64,000 nucleotides of DNA from an uncultured Alphaproteobacteria bacterium (GTDB lineage: Bacteria; Pseudomonadota; Alphaproteobacteria; Rhizobiales; Aestuariivirgaceae): assembly GCA_963780765.1 (NCBI GenBank), contig CAWADI010000001.1, positions 960-64,959 of the forward strand, given 5' to 3'. A program made the position numbers and the translations under genes. This document shows positions 48,402-58,873 of this stretch, one piece after another; position 1 is the stretch's first letter, and each line of letters starts with the position of its first letter. The notes under the pieces were generated by a model that saw only the letters and a list, made by a program, of their open reading frames with translations, ran no database searches and was not told the origin of the DNA.

Positions 48402-49488
48402 TCAGCGTCCCTCTGAAAAGATCGCCTCCAGTTCCTGAGGCACCACGACCTCGAGCTGTGCAAAGGTGCAATCGAGCGGGCGTTTGTCGGGGCGCCAGCG
48501 GCGAAACTGTGCGGTATGCCGGAAGCGGCTGCCCTGCATGTGATCGTAGGCGACCTCGGCTACAAGCTCCGGCCGCAGCGGCACCCAGGACAGGTCCTTG
48601 CCCTGGCTCCAGCGGCTTGCTGCGCCGGGCCGCCGCTGCGCGCTCGCCGCGTCCGCCTCCGTGACCGCCCAGTCCCGCCACGGATGGCCGTCGAGCGTGG
48701 CCGTGCGGTAGGGCGCGAGGTAGTCCACGAGCTCCCGGCGCCGGGCGTCCGTGAAGCTGGCGCTGACGCCCACATGCTGCAGCTGGTCCTGGTCGTCGAA
48801 GAGACCAAGCAGGAGCGATCCGACGGCGCTGCGCTCGCCGCGCTTGTGCCAGCGGAAGCCGGCAACGACGCAATCGCATTGCCGCGCATGCTTGACCTTC
48901 AGCATCACGCGCCTGCCGGGCTCGTAGACGCCGGACTCCTGCTTCGCCATCACGCCGTCCAGGCCGGCGCCCTCGAAACGGCGGAACCAGTCGCCGGCGG
49001 TGGCCCGGTCGCGCGTCGCGGGCGTCAGATGCAGCGGCGGCGCCGCCCGGGCCAGCACGGACTCGAGCGCCGCGCGCCGTTTCGCGAACGGCGCCGCCCG
49101 CAGGTCGCGATCGCCCTCACACAGGAGATCGAAAAACACGAGCGATGCGGGTATCTCTTTCGACAGCGTCTTCACGCGCGATGCTGCCGGGTGCAGGCGT
49201 AACTGGAGCGCTTCGAAGTCGAGGCCCTGGGCGCTGACGATGACGATCTCCCCATCGAGCACGCAGCGCTGCTGGGAGCTGTTCCAGGAGAGGTGCGATC
49301 AGCTCGGGGTAGTAGCGGGCGAGCGGCTTACCATCGCGGCTCTGCAGGAACACCTCGGCACCGTCACGGAATACGAGCGCGCGAAACCCGTCCCACTTGG
49401 GCTCGAAGATCCACTCCGCGCCGTCGGGCAGCTCACTTACCGGCTTGGCGAGCATGGGCAGGACCGGCGGCTGCACGGGAAGATGCAT
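48402..49488 (-). pseudogene. ATP-dependent DNA ligase (LigC/LigD ligase-domain type) with one frame break
   Basis: MHLPVQPPVLPMLAKPV...WIFEPKWDGFRALVF (KxDG) in ORF 49117..49602, and VLDGEIVIV...GLDGVMAK...MLKVKH in ORF 48402..49262. The junction is near 49262-49270. Confidence 0.85.
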
Positions 49489-49650
49489 GAGGGGGAGTCC
49501 CTTCAGAAGCGCTACGCCCGGCCGCTGTAGCTTTTGCAGCGGGCGCATGCCACCCATCCCGCAACATTGCCGGATGGCCGTGTCGGAAAACAGGCGGTAC
49601 ACTCGGCTGGTAAACGAACCAGTGTATCGCTTGCAAACGGGAGGAACGAT

Positions 49651-50646
49651 ATGACCAGCTTTGACAGACGCACCATCCTAGCAGCTGCCCTCGCCGCGGC
49701 CATGGCGGCCGCGCTGCCACCGCCGACCGCCAGCGCGGGTCAAATGCGGATCGCTTTCGGCGATCTTCCCGGAATCGAGTCCATCCAGACGCTTGCCGCA
49801 ATCGAGCGCGCGAAAGAGCGCGGGGTCGCCGTCGAACTGATCATCCTCAACGAGGAGGATCTTGCCGCCCAGGCCATCGTCGGCGGGCAGGCCGATGTCG
49901 GCATCGGCACCCCGTACACGCTGGTCCAGAAGGCAGGCGTTCCGATCCGCCTCTTCGCGCAGATTTCGACGCTGCGCTTTTTCCCGGTGGTCAACAGCGA
50001 GTCCTACAAGACCTGGAAGGATCTCGATGGCCAGGAAATAGCGGTCCAGGCGCGCGGCTCGGGCACCGAGGCGGTCATGCTGCTGATGGCGAAGAACCAT
50101 GGAATAACCTACGGCAACATCAGTTACGTTCCGGGTTCGGAAGTCCGCCGCAATGCGCTCATCCAGGGAACCATCAAGGCCTCGATCGTCGATGCCGCCA
50201 ATCGCCGGGCGCTCGAAGCGGAGGCTCCGGGCAAGTTCATCGTGCTGCCCGTCGAAAACCTGAGCGCCACCGACGAGGCGGTATTCGCTACCGCCGATTA
50301 TCTCAAGAACAATGCCGCCGACGTCGATATCCTGGTGGAGGAATTGATCAAGACGGCGCGCGAGATCACTGAAAATCCGGCGGTCGCGGTCGAGTTCCGC
50401 AACAAGTACAAGCTGCTGCCGGACCTCGGAGCCGAGGCCGATGCGGAAATCACCGCCTACTACAAGGAGGTCGCCGAGGCCGGAAGCCTGCCCCTAAACG
50501 GCGGCGGCGCCAAGGCCGCGGCCGACGATTTCGCCTTCTTCACCCTCGCCGGCCAGATCGAAGGCGATCCCGCGACGCTCAAGGTCGAGGATTTCTGGGA
50601 TACGAGCGCGCTCGACCGCGTGCTCGCCAAGCTCGGCAAGAAGTAG
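49651..50646 (+). CDS. ABC transporter periplasmic substrate-binding protein (NMT1/NitT-TauT-like), Tat-type signal
   Basis: MTSFDRRTILAAALAAAMAAALPPP... GGGAGGA upstream of the ATG at 49651. Confidence 0.8.
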   Translation: MTSFDRRTILAAALAAAMAAALPPPTASAGQMRIAFGDLPGIESIQTLAAIERAKERGVAVELIILNEEDLAAQAIVGGQADVGIGTPYTLVQKAGVPIRLFAQISTLRFFPVVNSESYKTWKDLDGQEIAVQARGSGTEAVMLLMAKNHGITYGNISYVPGSEVRRNALIQGTIKASIVDAANRRALEAEAPGKFIVLPVENLSATDEAVFATADYLKNNAADVDILVEELIKTAREITENPAVAVEFRNKYKLLPDLGAEADAEITAYYKEVAEAGSLPLNGGGAKAAADDFAFFTLAGQIEGDPATLKVEDFWDTSALDRVLAKLGKK

Positions 50647-50668
50647 AGCAGCGCCTGCAGCGCGGCTG

Positions 50669-51497
50669 ATGACGACAGGCCTTGGGTTTGGAGGTGAGGA
50701 TGTCGACCTGGCGCCTCTTGCAGGACGCGAGGAGGCAGTCCGGTGGTTCGAGCGGCCGGTGGTGCTCCGGCTGCTTTCGGTCGCGTTGTTCGCCGGGATC
50801 TGGGAGGTCGCCGGACTGATCCCGGTGAGCTTCGCGTTCCCGACTTTTTCGGCGACGGTCATGGCCTTCGTGGGGCTGGTGGCGGATGGCAGTCTGCCGA
50901 TTGCCTATGTGTCGACGCTGCAGCCCCTTCTGCTCGGGGTAGTGCTGTCGGCATTGCTCGGCGTCGGTCTCGGCACGCTGTGCGGTCTCTGGCGCGCCGG
51001 GGAGTGGCTGCTGATCCCGGTGTTCATCGTGCTGCAGGCCGCACCCGTCGCCGCCTTCATCCCGATGGTTACTTTCGTCTATGGCATCGGCATGACGGCG
51101 AAGACGCTTGCCGTCATGATCCTTGCCCTGCCCGTCATCGTGCTCAATACCTACAAGGCGGTTCGCAACGTCAACGTTTCGCTGATCGAGATGTGCCGGT
51201 CGTTCCTGGGCACCCGATGGCAGCAGGTGGCGCAGGATCATCCTTCCCGATGCGAGCCCCGTCATATTCGCCGGACTGCGCCTCGGGGTCGCGGCCGGCT
51301 TTGTCGGCGTCGTGCTGGCCGAACTGCTGATTACGCCCACCGGCATCGGCGATCTCATCACCTTTCACCGGTCGCGCGCCAACTACGCGGCGATGTATGC
51401 AACCATTGCCTCGATCATCGCCCTCTCGAGTCTCACGCTCGTCGCCCTGCAGTGGCTCGAGATCCGTGGTTTCAGGCCGGAAAAGCGCGGGGTCTGA
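50669..51497 (+). pseudogene. ABC transporter permease with one frame break
   Basis: ...VSLIEMCRSFLGTRWQQV is in ORF 50669. RRIILPDASPVIFAGLRLGVAAGFVGVVLAELLITPTGIGDLI... is in the frame of ORF 51312..51497. The junction is at about 51225. Confidence 0.8.
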
Positions 51498-51511
51498 GAA
51501 CGACCTCGCCG

Positions 51512-52279
51512 ATGCAAGCTCCGCTCGAAGCCGCCGTGGAGGTCCGCGGCGTATCAAAGACCTATCCCGGCGTCGAAGCGCTGCGCGAGGTCGATCTCGA
51601 TTTTCCGCGCGGCAAGCTGACCAGCCTTCTGGGTCCCAGCGGATGCGGCAAGACCACGCTCCTGAAAATTATCGCCGGCCTGATCGCGGCAGACGCCGGG
51701 ACGGTCAGGGTCGACGGCAGGCCCGTAAGCTCGCCGGGTCCCGAGCGCGCCTTCGTGTTCCAGGATTTTGCCTTGCTGCCGTGGTCGACGGTGCTGCGCA
51801 ATGTCGGGTTCGGTCTCGAGCTGCGGGGGGTGGCCAGGCCGGCGCGCGACAGGATCGCCCGTCGTTACGTGGCCGATGTCGGCCTCACCGGCTTCGAGGA
51901 CAAGTATCCGCACGAGCTGTCGGGCGGCATGCGCCAGCGCGTCGGGCTGGCGCGGGCGCTTTCGGTGGACGCCGACGTGCTGCTCCTCGATGAGCCGTTC
52001 TCGGCGGTCGACGAGCAGAACCGGCGCAAGTTCCAGGAAGACCTGATCCGGCTCCGCGCCGGTCAGAAGAAGACCTTCATCTTCGTCACCCACTCGATCG
52101 AGGAGGCCGTTTATATTTCCGACCGCATCGTGCTCCTGTCGCCGCGGCCAGGTCGCGTTGCCCGCATCCTCGAGCCCGAAATCGACCGCTCGGGCGATCC
52201 GGAGAGCATCCATCGCGACAGGCGCTATCTCGATACGGTCGAGGAAATATGGCAAGGCCTGAAGCAATATGTGGACTGA
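51512..52279 (+). CDS. ABC transporter ATP-binding protein
   Basis: LLGPSGCGKTT, LSGGMRQRVGLARAL, LLLDEPFSAVD. The 536-aa track ORF is an artefactual fusion with the out-of-frame permease. Confidence 0.9.
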   Translation: MQAPLEAAVEVRGVSKTYPGVEALREVDLDFPRGKLTSLLGPSGCGKTTLLKIIAGLIAADAGTVRVDGRPVSSPGPERAFVFQDFALLPWSTVLRNVGFGLELRGVARPARDRIARRYVADVGLTGFEDKYPHELSGGMRQRVGLARALSVDADVLLLDEPFSAVDEQNRRKFQEDLIRLRAGQKKTFIFVTHSIEEAVYISDRIVLLSPRPGRVARILEPEIDRSGDPESIHRDRRYLDTVEEIWQGLKQYVD

Positions 52280-52285
52280 GCTCTC

Positions 52286-53042
52286 ATGACCCTGTTCGGC
52301 TGGCGGGTGCCGATGATGGCTTCGCTCCTGGTGTGGTGCGTGCTCTGGGAGATCGTCGGCCGGCTCGACCTGGTCTTTCTCCTTCCGCCCTTCACCGTTG
52401 TGCTGGCCGCCGCCGCCGATCTGGTGCAACTCCCCTCGTGGCAAAGCGCGACGGTCACGACGTTGCGGGCCTTCGCCATCGGCATGGCGCTGGCGATCGC
52501 CGCCGGCATCCCCTTGGGGATGCTCATGGGCCGGGTCAGGATCGCCGACGATCTCCTCGGCATGTGGGTCAACATCTTCTCCAGCGCTCCCCTGTCGGCG
52601 ATCGTGCCGGTGCTCATGATCCTGTTCGGCTTTGGCGAGAACACGATCATCGCCGCGGTATTGCTGTTCGCGATCTGGATTATCGTGCTCGATACCCGCG
52701 CCGGGCGTTCGTCACGTCTCCCCGTCGCTCATCGAGATGGCCCGCTCGTACGGTGCGTCGGGCTTCGCCCTCTATGGCAAGATCATCGTCTGGGCAGCGC
52801 TCCCCGAAATCCTCGCCGGCATCCGGCTTGGCCTCATCCGCGGGGTCAAGGGCGTGGTCATCGGCCAGTTGCTGGTCGCCATCGTCGGCTATGGCGCGCT
52901 GTTCGAAACCTTCTCGCGCAATTTCCGCATGGCCCAGTTCTGGGCGCTCACCATCATTCTGTTCGCCTTCGCCATGCTGGTTTCGCAGCTGATCGAATGG
53001 GCGGAATCGAAGGTCGAATATTACGCAGGAGCAAGATCGTGA
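52286..53042 (+). pseudogene. Second ABC transporter permease with one frame break
   Basis: ...AVLLFAIWIIVLDTRAG is in ORF 52286. VRHVSPSLIEMARSYGASGFALYGKIIVWAALPEILAGIRLG... is in ORF 52632..53042. The junction is at about 52700. Confidence 0.8.
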
Positions 53043-53743
53043 ACATCCAGGATACAACGTCCCGCTATGTCATCGAACCTGCCGCCGTTCCGGCCGTTCC
53101 GGTGGCCGGATCCGCCCTGTTGTTCCCGGTGCACCGGGTCTACTGCGTTGGCCGGAACTATGCCGCCCATGCCGTCGAGATGGGGCACGATCCCGAACGG
53201 GAGCCGCCGTTCTTCTTCCAGAAGAACCCGGACAACCTCGATGCGAGCGGGAGGTTTCCCTATCCGCCCGCCTCGAACGATGTCCACCACGAGATCGAAA
53301 TGGTGGTCGCGCTGAAAGCCGGCGGTCGCGACATTGCGCTGAAGGAGGCGCTCGATTGCGTCTACGGCTACGGCGTGGGCCTGGACATGACGCGCCGCGA
53401 CCTGCAGGGAAAGGCCAAGGACATGGGCCGTCCGTGGGAAGCCGGCAAGGCGTTCGAGGCCTCCGCGCCGTGCGCGCCGCTGGTGCCGGCGAGCCTGATC
53501 GGTCACCCGGCCGAAGGCGCGATCTGGCTTGACGTCAACGGCGCGCGCCGACAGACCGGCGATCTCGAACAGATGATCTGGAAGGTTCCGGAAATGATCA
53601 GCTATCTGTCCGGCCTGTTCACCCTGATGCCCGGCGACATCATCTTTTCGGGAACGCCGGCCGGCGTCGGCGCCGTCAGGCGCGGCGACCTTCTCCATGG
53701 CCACGTCGATAATGTCGGCGATCTCGAGGTCAGGGTCATCTGA
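53039..53743 (+). CDS. Fumarylacetoacetate hydrolase (FAH)-family protein
   Basis: The GTG start overlaps the permease stop (GTGA). RVYCVGRNYAAHAVEMG...HHEIEMVVAL...GDIIFSGTPAGVG. Confidence 0.85.
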   Translation: MNIQDTTSRYVIEPAAVPAVPVAGSALLFPVHRVYCVGRNYAAHAVEMGHDPEREPPFFFQKNPDNLDASGRFPYPPASNDVHHEIEMVVALKAGGRDIALKEALDCVYGYGVGLDMTRRDLQGKAKDMGRPWEAGKAFEASAPCAPLVPASLIGHPAEGAIWLDVNGARRQTGDLEQMIWKVPEMISYLSGLFTLMPGDIIFSGTPAGVGAVRRGDLLHGHVDNVGDLEVRVI

Positions 53744-53762
53744 ACGCCGGAATGGCGCGAAC

Positions 53763-54350
53763 TCAACTCCGCCGGACCTGCCAGGCGAGGTATGCAATCG
53801 CCGCGCCGACGCTGATCAGCTGGATGCCGAGCAGGAGACCGATCAGCCACGCCGCCGTACCGGGCAGGCTGGCCCACAGGATCACGGAGAGGAGTATCCC
53901 GACCAGCCCGCTCGCGAGGATCCAGCCCCAGTTGGGGAAGGGCCGGATGGTCAGCGCGAAGACAACCTTGGACATGCCCTCGATCATGAAGAATACGATC
54001 AGCAGCAGGGTGATCGACACCAGCCCCTGTTCGGGGTCGCGGAGAAAGAGAAATCCGATCAGCACGGCAAGGATGACGGAGATGAGCTGCAGCCAGAAAT
54101 GCGGCACCTGGCCGGCGCCGAACAGGCCGATGCCTTGCAAAACGCCGCTGATGATCAGCAGCCACCCCAACATGACGATCACCGCCGCTGAGGAAATCAC
54201 TGGATAGATCACGGCCAGAATCCCGGCCGCGACCAGCAGCACGCCCTGTACCAGGTACCAAAGTGAATACTGCTTTACGGTCTGCCGCATTGCCTCGCGA
54301 AAGGCCTCGGCGGCTTCATCCAATGAGATTGCCATGGCTTCCTCCATCAA
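53763..54350 (-). CDS. HdeD/DUF308-family membrane protein
   Basis: Six predicted TM helices with repeated GxxxIxxG patterns (LVQGVLLVAAGILAVIYP...). Confidence 0.7.
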   Translation of the reverse strand: MMEEAMAISLDEAAEAFREAMRQTVKQYSLWYLVQGVLLVAAGILAVIYPVISSAAVIVMLGWLLIISGVLQGIGLFGAGQVPHFWLQLISVILAVLIGFLFLRDPEQGLVSITLLLIVFFMIEGMSKVVFALTIRPFPNWGWILASGLVGILLSVILWASLPGTAAWLIGLLLGIQLISVGAAIAYLAWQVRRS

Positions 54351-54482
54351 AGCTTGCCGTTCGCTTCGGAGATATGGATAACACTTTTCGCCCGGAAGGT
54401 AATGGAGTGGCTGCTGTCTGCAAATCTCATCGCCCAGCTGAAGCTGGCTCGCAGGCTAACGCGGCGGTCCCAGTCGACGGGC

Positions 54483-55406
54483 TTACTTTAGCAGCTCCAT
54501 GGCGACGATCGACGCCAGCACTGTGGCAATGCCTGCCATCTGGAGCGCGGACAACGTTTCCCCCAGAAGCACGACCGCAAAAAGGATGCCAAGCAGCGGT
54601 TCGATGTTGCTGATCATGGTGGCCCGGACGGCGCCGATCATCGGCACCGCGCAGAAGAACGCCAGTGTGCCGACCGTCGAGCCGAGGGCGACGCCGGCAA
54701 ACCCAAGCCAACCCGTCGCGGTCGCTGGCAGTTCCAGATCGCCGCAGAACACGAACGCGATGACGAGCGTAATGGCCGCCGAGAGGGCCATGTAGAAGAC
54801 GACGGCGAGGCTACCGGCCTCTTTGGCGGCGCGACCATTGCCGATGATGACCAGGGCACCGGTTATGGCTGCAATTGCCGCCAGCACGACGCCGGTCACG
54901 TTCAGCTGGTCAAAGGACGCGCCAACCGCCAGGGCCAGTCCGCCCAAGGCGGCCAGCAGAACCAGCATCATCCTCATGGATATCGCCTCGTCTCCGAGGC
55001 GGGCGGCGAAGAGCCCCACCAGCAGGGGGTGGATGAAGAAGATGAGAATGACCGTATTGACGGGAATGAACTCGACCGCTCCGAGAAATCCATAGAGCAT
55101 GACCGCGTAGCAGACCCCGCAAGCCAGCGAGATCAGCATCGGCTTTGTACCGATGCGCAGCGACTGGCCGCGCAGTGCGATCAGCAGCCAGGTCAGCAGT
55201 ACGGTCACGACACTGCGCGCCGTGATCACAGTCAGCGTGTTGCTGCCGCCGTCATAGGCGAGCCTGGCGAAACTCGGGACCACCGCAATGGCGAACGTCG
55301 ATATAATTACCAGCCAGGTGCCAAGCGCTCTGGCCGATAACCGGGCCGCTCTGGGCTTGATGACCAGTTGAGAGGGTAACGATGGGGATGCCGCAGCATT
55401 TGTCAC
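54483..55406 (-). CDS. DMT/EamA-family transporter
   Basis: About 10 hydrophobic segments. GTG start at 55406 chosen for a 307-aa product. The rest of the 367-aa ORF is Arg-rich and non-membrane. Confidence 0.8.
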   Translation of the reverse strand: MTNAAASPSLPSQLVIKPRAARLSARALGTWLVIISTFAIAVVPSFARLAYDGGSNTLTVITARSVVTVLLTWLLIALRGQSLRIGTKPMLISLACGVCYAVMLYGFLGAVEFIPVNTVILIFFIHPLLVGLFAARLGDEAISMRMMLVLLAALGGLALAVGASFDQLNVTGVVLAAIAAITGALVIIGNGRAAKEAGSLAVVFYMALSAAITLVIAFVFCGDLELPATATGWLGFAGVALGSTVGTLAFFCAVPMIGAVRATMISNIEPLLGILFAVVLLGETLSALQMAGIATVLASIVAMELLK

Positions 55407-55577
55407 GATCGTCGAACTCCGTCTTGCGGAGCCCTTGATACTTCCACCACGGGAAACAGCAGTGGACCGTCGCGGGATGGGCGCGGGAATTCGAAACGCA
55501 AACGTTGTGCCGACCGGGAAATGTGCGTTATTCCAGATGGCGCAGGGCGGCGCCGCGCGCCGAAGCTCCGCGGATGC

Positions 55578-57603
55578 ATGGTACAATCGGTCGTGAAACT
55601 GACTCTCCTCGGAGGCTTTGAGCTGCGCCTCGCCGACGGCGAGGTGATCGACCTACCGGGTCAGAAAGACCGGGCGCTGCTTGCTTTCCTGGCCATCTCC
55701 GCCGGAACGGGCCAGGCGCGCGACAAGCTGTCGAACCTGTTGTGGGGTGACCACGGCGATGCCCAGGCCCGCGACAGCCTGAAACACGCGTTAACCCGGC
55801 TTCGCCAGAAGCTCGAGCCGACAGGCGTGCCGGCAATCTTTGCCGACCGGCAAGTCGTAAGGCTCGATCCGGCGGCCTTGAGCCGTCGATGCCGTGCTTT
55901 TCGATCAGCTCTTGCGCAGCGGAACTCTGCAATCGCTCCATCAGGCAGTCGCCGTGTACCAGGGCGACCTGTTGGACGGTTTCACAATCCGCAGCGCGCC
56001 GTTCGAGGACTGGCTTCTGGTCGAGCGCCAGCGGCTCCGGCACAGGTACGAAGCGGCTTTGAGCCGGCTGATCGACGAGTCGACCAAAGCCGGCTTTCCG
56101 ATGCCGCCGCCGATGCGGCGCGGCTGCTGCTCGGGCGCGATCCACTGCAGGAGACGGCGTGCCGGTCGCTGATGCAATTTCATGCCAGCCGGGGCCAGAC
56201 CGTTCAGGCGCTGAAACTCTATGACGAACTCTGCGCGCGGCTGCGTGAACAGCATGGCAGTGGCGCCTGAGCCGGAAACCTCCCGGCTTTACGATGAGAT
56301 CCGGCAGCGGCGGGTGTCTGCCGCGGCGCCGACCGCTGAGGCTCTTTCGACGGAAGGCCGGCAGGCGGCAGCGCAGACCGAAGCGTCGCTTTCCGAAAAA
56401 CCCTCGATCGCCATCCTGCCGTTCGACAATCTGGGCGGCGATCCGGACCAGCAATATTTCAGTGACGGCATTACCGACGACATCATTACCGAACTTTCGC
56501 GGTTCCGGTCGCTGCTGGTGATCGCGCGGCAGTCATCGTTCGCCTTCCGGGGAAAGCCGATCAAGGTCCAGGATATCGCCCGGGAGCTGGGCGTGGCCTA
56601 TGCGGTGGAAGGAAGTGTTCGCAGGGCCGGCGACCGGGTGCGCGTCAATGCCCAGCTCGTGGACGCGGCTACCGGAAATCAGTTGTGGGCGGAACGGTAT
56701 GATCGCGAGCTCGTGGATACTTTTTCGGTGCAGGACGATGTGGCACGCTCGGTCGCAGCAGCGGTAAGCGGACGGGTCGAGGCGGCCAGCCGCGACCGCG
56801 CCGGGCGCCTCAGCCCGGCGGCCCTGCGGGCCTATGATCTCGTTCTACGAGCCAAAGCTTTCACGCTGAACTATCGGCGCGCCGACAATGCGCAAGCGCT
56901 GGCGTGCGCCGAGCGGGCGCTGGAACTCGATCCATCAAGCGCCCGGGCGGCGGCGCATTCGGCATGGTGCCACTTCTACGACTACATGGCGTGCTGGCGG
57001 GAAAACCCGCGTGCATCGCTCGACCGGTCCTACGAGCTTGCCCGGCGCGCCGTTGCCCTCGACGAGACCGACAGCTTTGCCCACGGGGTCCTGGGAATTG
57101 CCCATTTCTTTCGCCGCGAGTACGAGCAGGCGCGGCAGGAGATGCTCGAGAGCCTCGCGCTCAATCCCAGTGACTTCCTGGCCCGGCGTTTCTACGCCAT
57201 CTTCCTCGCGGCAACGGGCAGGGCGGAAGAAGGGATCGAGCAGATCGCCCTGGGACGCCGCCTCAATCCGTTCGATCGGCGCTGGGTACCGTGGAACATG
57301 GGGATCGTATATTTCTCGGCGCGACGCTACGAGGAAGCCGTCGCCGCACTCCGTCAGGCGCACAACCCGATCAATGAAGTCCGGGGCTGGCTTGCCGCAA
57401 GCTGCGCCCACGCCGGAAAGATCCCGGAAGCGCGGGCAGCGCTCGATGAGTTCCTCAAGGTTGCAGAGACCGACATGGCGGTGTTCCCGGGACGCCGACT
57501 GAAGGATTGGGAGGCCTATTGGCACGGCGCCATGGAATACAGGGACCAGGCGGACTTCGATCACCTGTTCGACGCGCTGCGCAAGGCAGGGTTGCCGGAC
57601 TGA
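55578..57603 (+). pseudogene. Winged-helix/BTAD (SARP-like) regulator with TolB-N-like and TPR regions, three frame breaks
   Basis: The wHTH LTLLGGFELRLADGEVIDLPGQKDRALLAFLA is in frame 0. The BTAD core AVAVYQGDLLDGF...FEDWLLVERQRLRHRYEAAL is in ORF 55894. It returns to frame 0 for LLGRDPLQETACRSLMQFHASRG, then moves to ORF 56221 for PSIAILPFDNLGGDPDQQYFSDGITDDIIT plus TPRs. Confidence 0.8.
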
Positions 57604-57649
57604 TCGTTCGAGGAGGCATTTGGCAGCCGGAGAGCGATCTTGCGGCCGC

Positions 57650-58870
57650 TCAGATTTGCGCCCCGCGATTCCAGCCGCGTCCGCGATCGCCATAACCTTC
57701 GCATCCCGTTTCCGTCACGGCGACCGTGTCTTCCAGCTTGATGAAACCGCGCACTGGATGATGCATCGTCGTCTCGATGGAAAGAACCATCCCGGGCGCC
57801 AGCGGGCTTGCCGCGTCATCTCCCGGATAGGGCACCGGTCCGGTGCTGGTCAGGCGCGGCGCCTCGTGGGCGACGAGGCCCATGCCGTGGACCATGAAGC
57901 CCGTGAAATTCCGGTGCGGCGAATCTGCCAGCGCGGCCTTTGCCGCGGCGAAAATTTCCGTTCCCGTGCCTCCAGGACGAATCGGCTTGCGCGCGGCCTG
58001 CTGGACATCGTCGATCTCGGCAAGCAGGTCCTGAAGCTCGCCGTCCGGCTCGCCCAAAATCGCCATCCGGCAGAGGTCCCCGATATAGCCGCCGTAGTTG
58101 CCGCCGGAATCGAGCGAGAGGATCTGGCCCTCTTCCCACCGATCCTCCGACGGCGCGCGGTTTTGGCTGGCGCCGGTGGTGATGAGGCAATATTCGAAGA
58201 CCATCCCTCGCGCGACCTCCTCCCGCTTCAAGGCATCGACGAGCTGCCGCTTGGTCGTGCCTGGTCCGTGGCCGGACATCACCGCGAGCATCGATTCCAC
58301 GACCCGCTCGGAGGCCTCGCGTAAAAGGCGAAGCTCTTCCGGAGTTTTGCGCGCCCGCAGCCGCTCCAGAACCACGAGGGCATCGACGACATCGCAATTC
58401 GGCAGCGCTTTCTTCAGCGCAAGATACGCATCGGCGGGCAGGAAACCGATTTCCACGCCGATCCTCCTGATGTCCGGCCGCACGCGCCGCAAGTGATCAA
58501 CCGCCAGCTCCATCGCATCGAGCGTGCCCCAGGCGCGCGGTTCGACACCCGGCATCCAGAACCGGCCGAGGTCGCGCTCGTATGATTCCATCGGGTTGCC
58601 GACATAAAGGGAGCGGCCCGGGTCACCCTTCAGATAGACGAAGATGGGCAGGTAGCGGCTGATGCCGATCGCGTCCATGTAGCCGAAGAAGAAGAAACGA
58701 TAACCGCCGAGCAGATACTGGATGTTGTGCTTCGAGGTGACGAGCAAGGCATCGATGCCTGCCCGATCCATGAGATCGTCGAGAAGCCGGCACGTCGAAC
58801 GGGATTGCCGAAAGATCGGAACGAGAGTTTGCAGCGGTTGTTTGCACAGGGTTCTCCATCTTTGGCACAT
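57650..58870 (-). CDS. M24-family metallopeptidase (Xaa-Pro peptidase/creatinase-like)
   Basis: GIDALLVTS...SLDSGGNYGGYIGDLCR...FMVHGMGLVAHEAP...LSIETT. Intact. Confidence 0.8.
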   Translation of the reverse strand: MCQRWRTLCKQPLQTLVPIFRQSRSTCRLLDDLMDRAGIDALLVTSKHNIQYLLGGYRFFFFGYMDAIGISRYLPIFVYLKGDPGRSLYVGNPMESYERDLGRFWMPGVEPRAWGTLDAMELAVDHLRRVRPDIRRIGVEIGFLPADAYLALKKALPNCDVVDALVVLERLRARKTPEELRLLREASERVVESMLAVMSGHGPGTTKRQLVDALKREEVARGMVFEYCLITTGASQNRAPSEDRWEEGQILSLDSGGNYGGYIGDLCRMAILGEPDGELQDLLAEIDDVQQAARKPIRPGGTGTEIFAAAKAALADSPHRNFTGFMVHGMGLVAHEAPRLTSTGPVPYPGDDAASPLAPGMVLSIETTMHHPVRGFIKLEDTVAVTETGCEGYGDRGRGWNRGAQI

Positions 58871-58873
58871 ATC

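Noticed and set aside
50669-52279. Apparent 536-aa permease-ATPase fusion and 485-aa permease-FAH fusion (52286..53743) in the ORF track
   Set aside because: Both arise because an out-of-frame stretch after a single-base frame break happens to stay open until the next gene. The true gene boundaries (stops at 51497 and 53042, starts at 51512 and 53039) are visible in the other frames.
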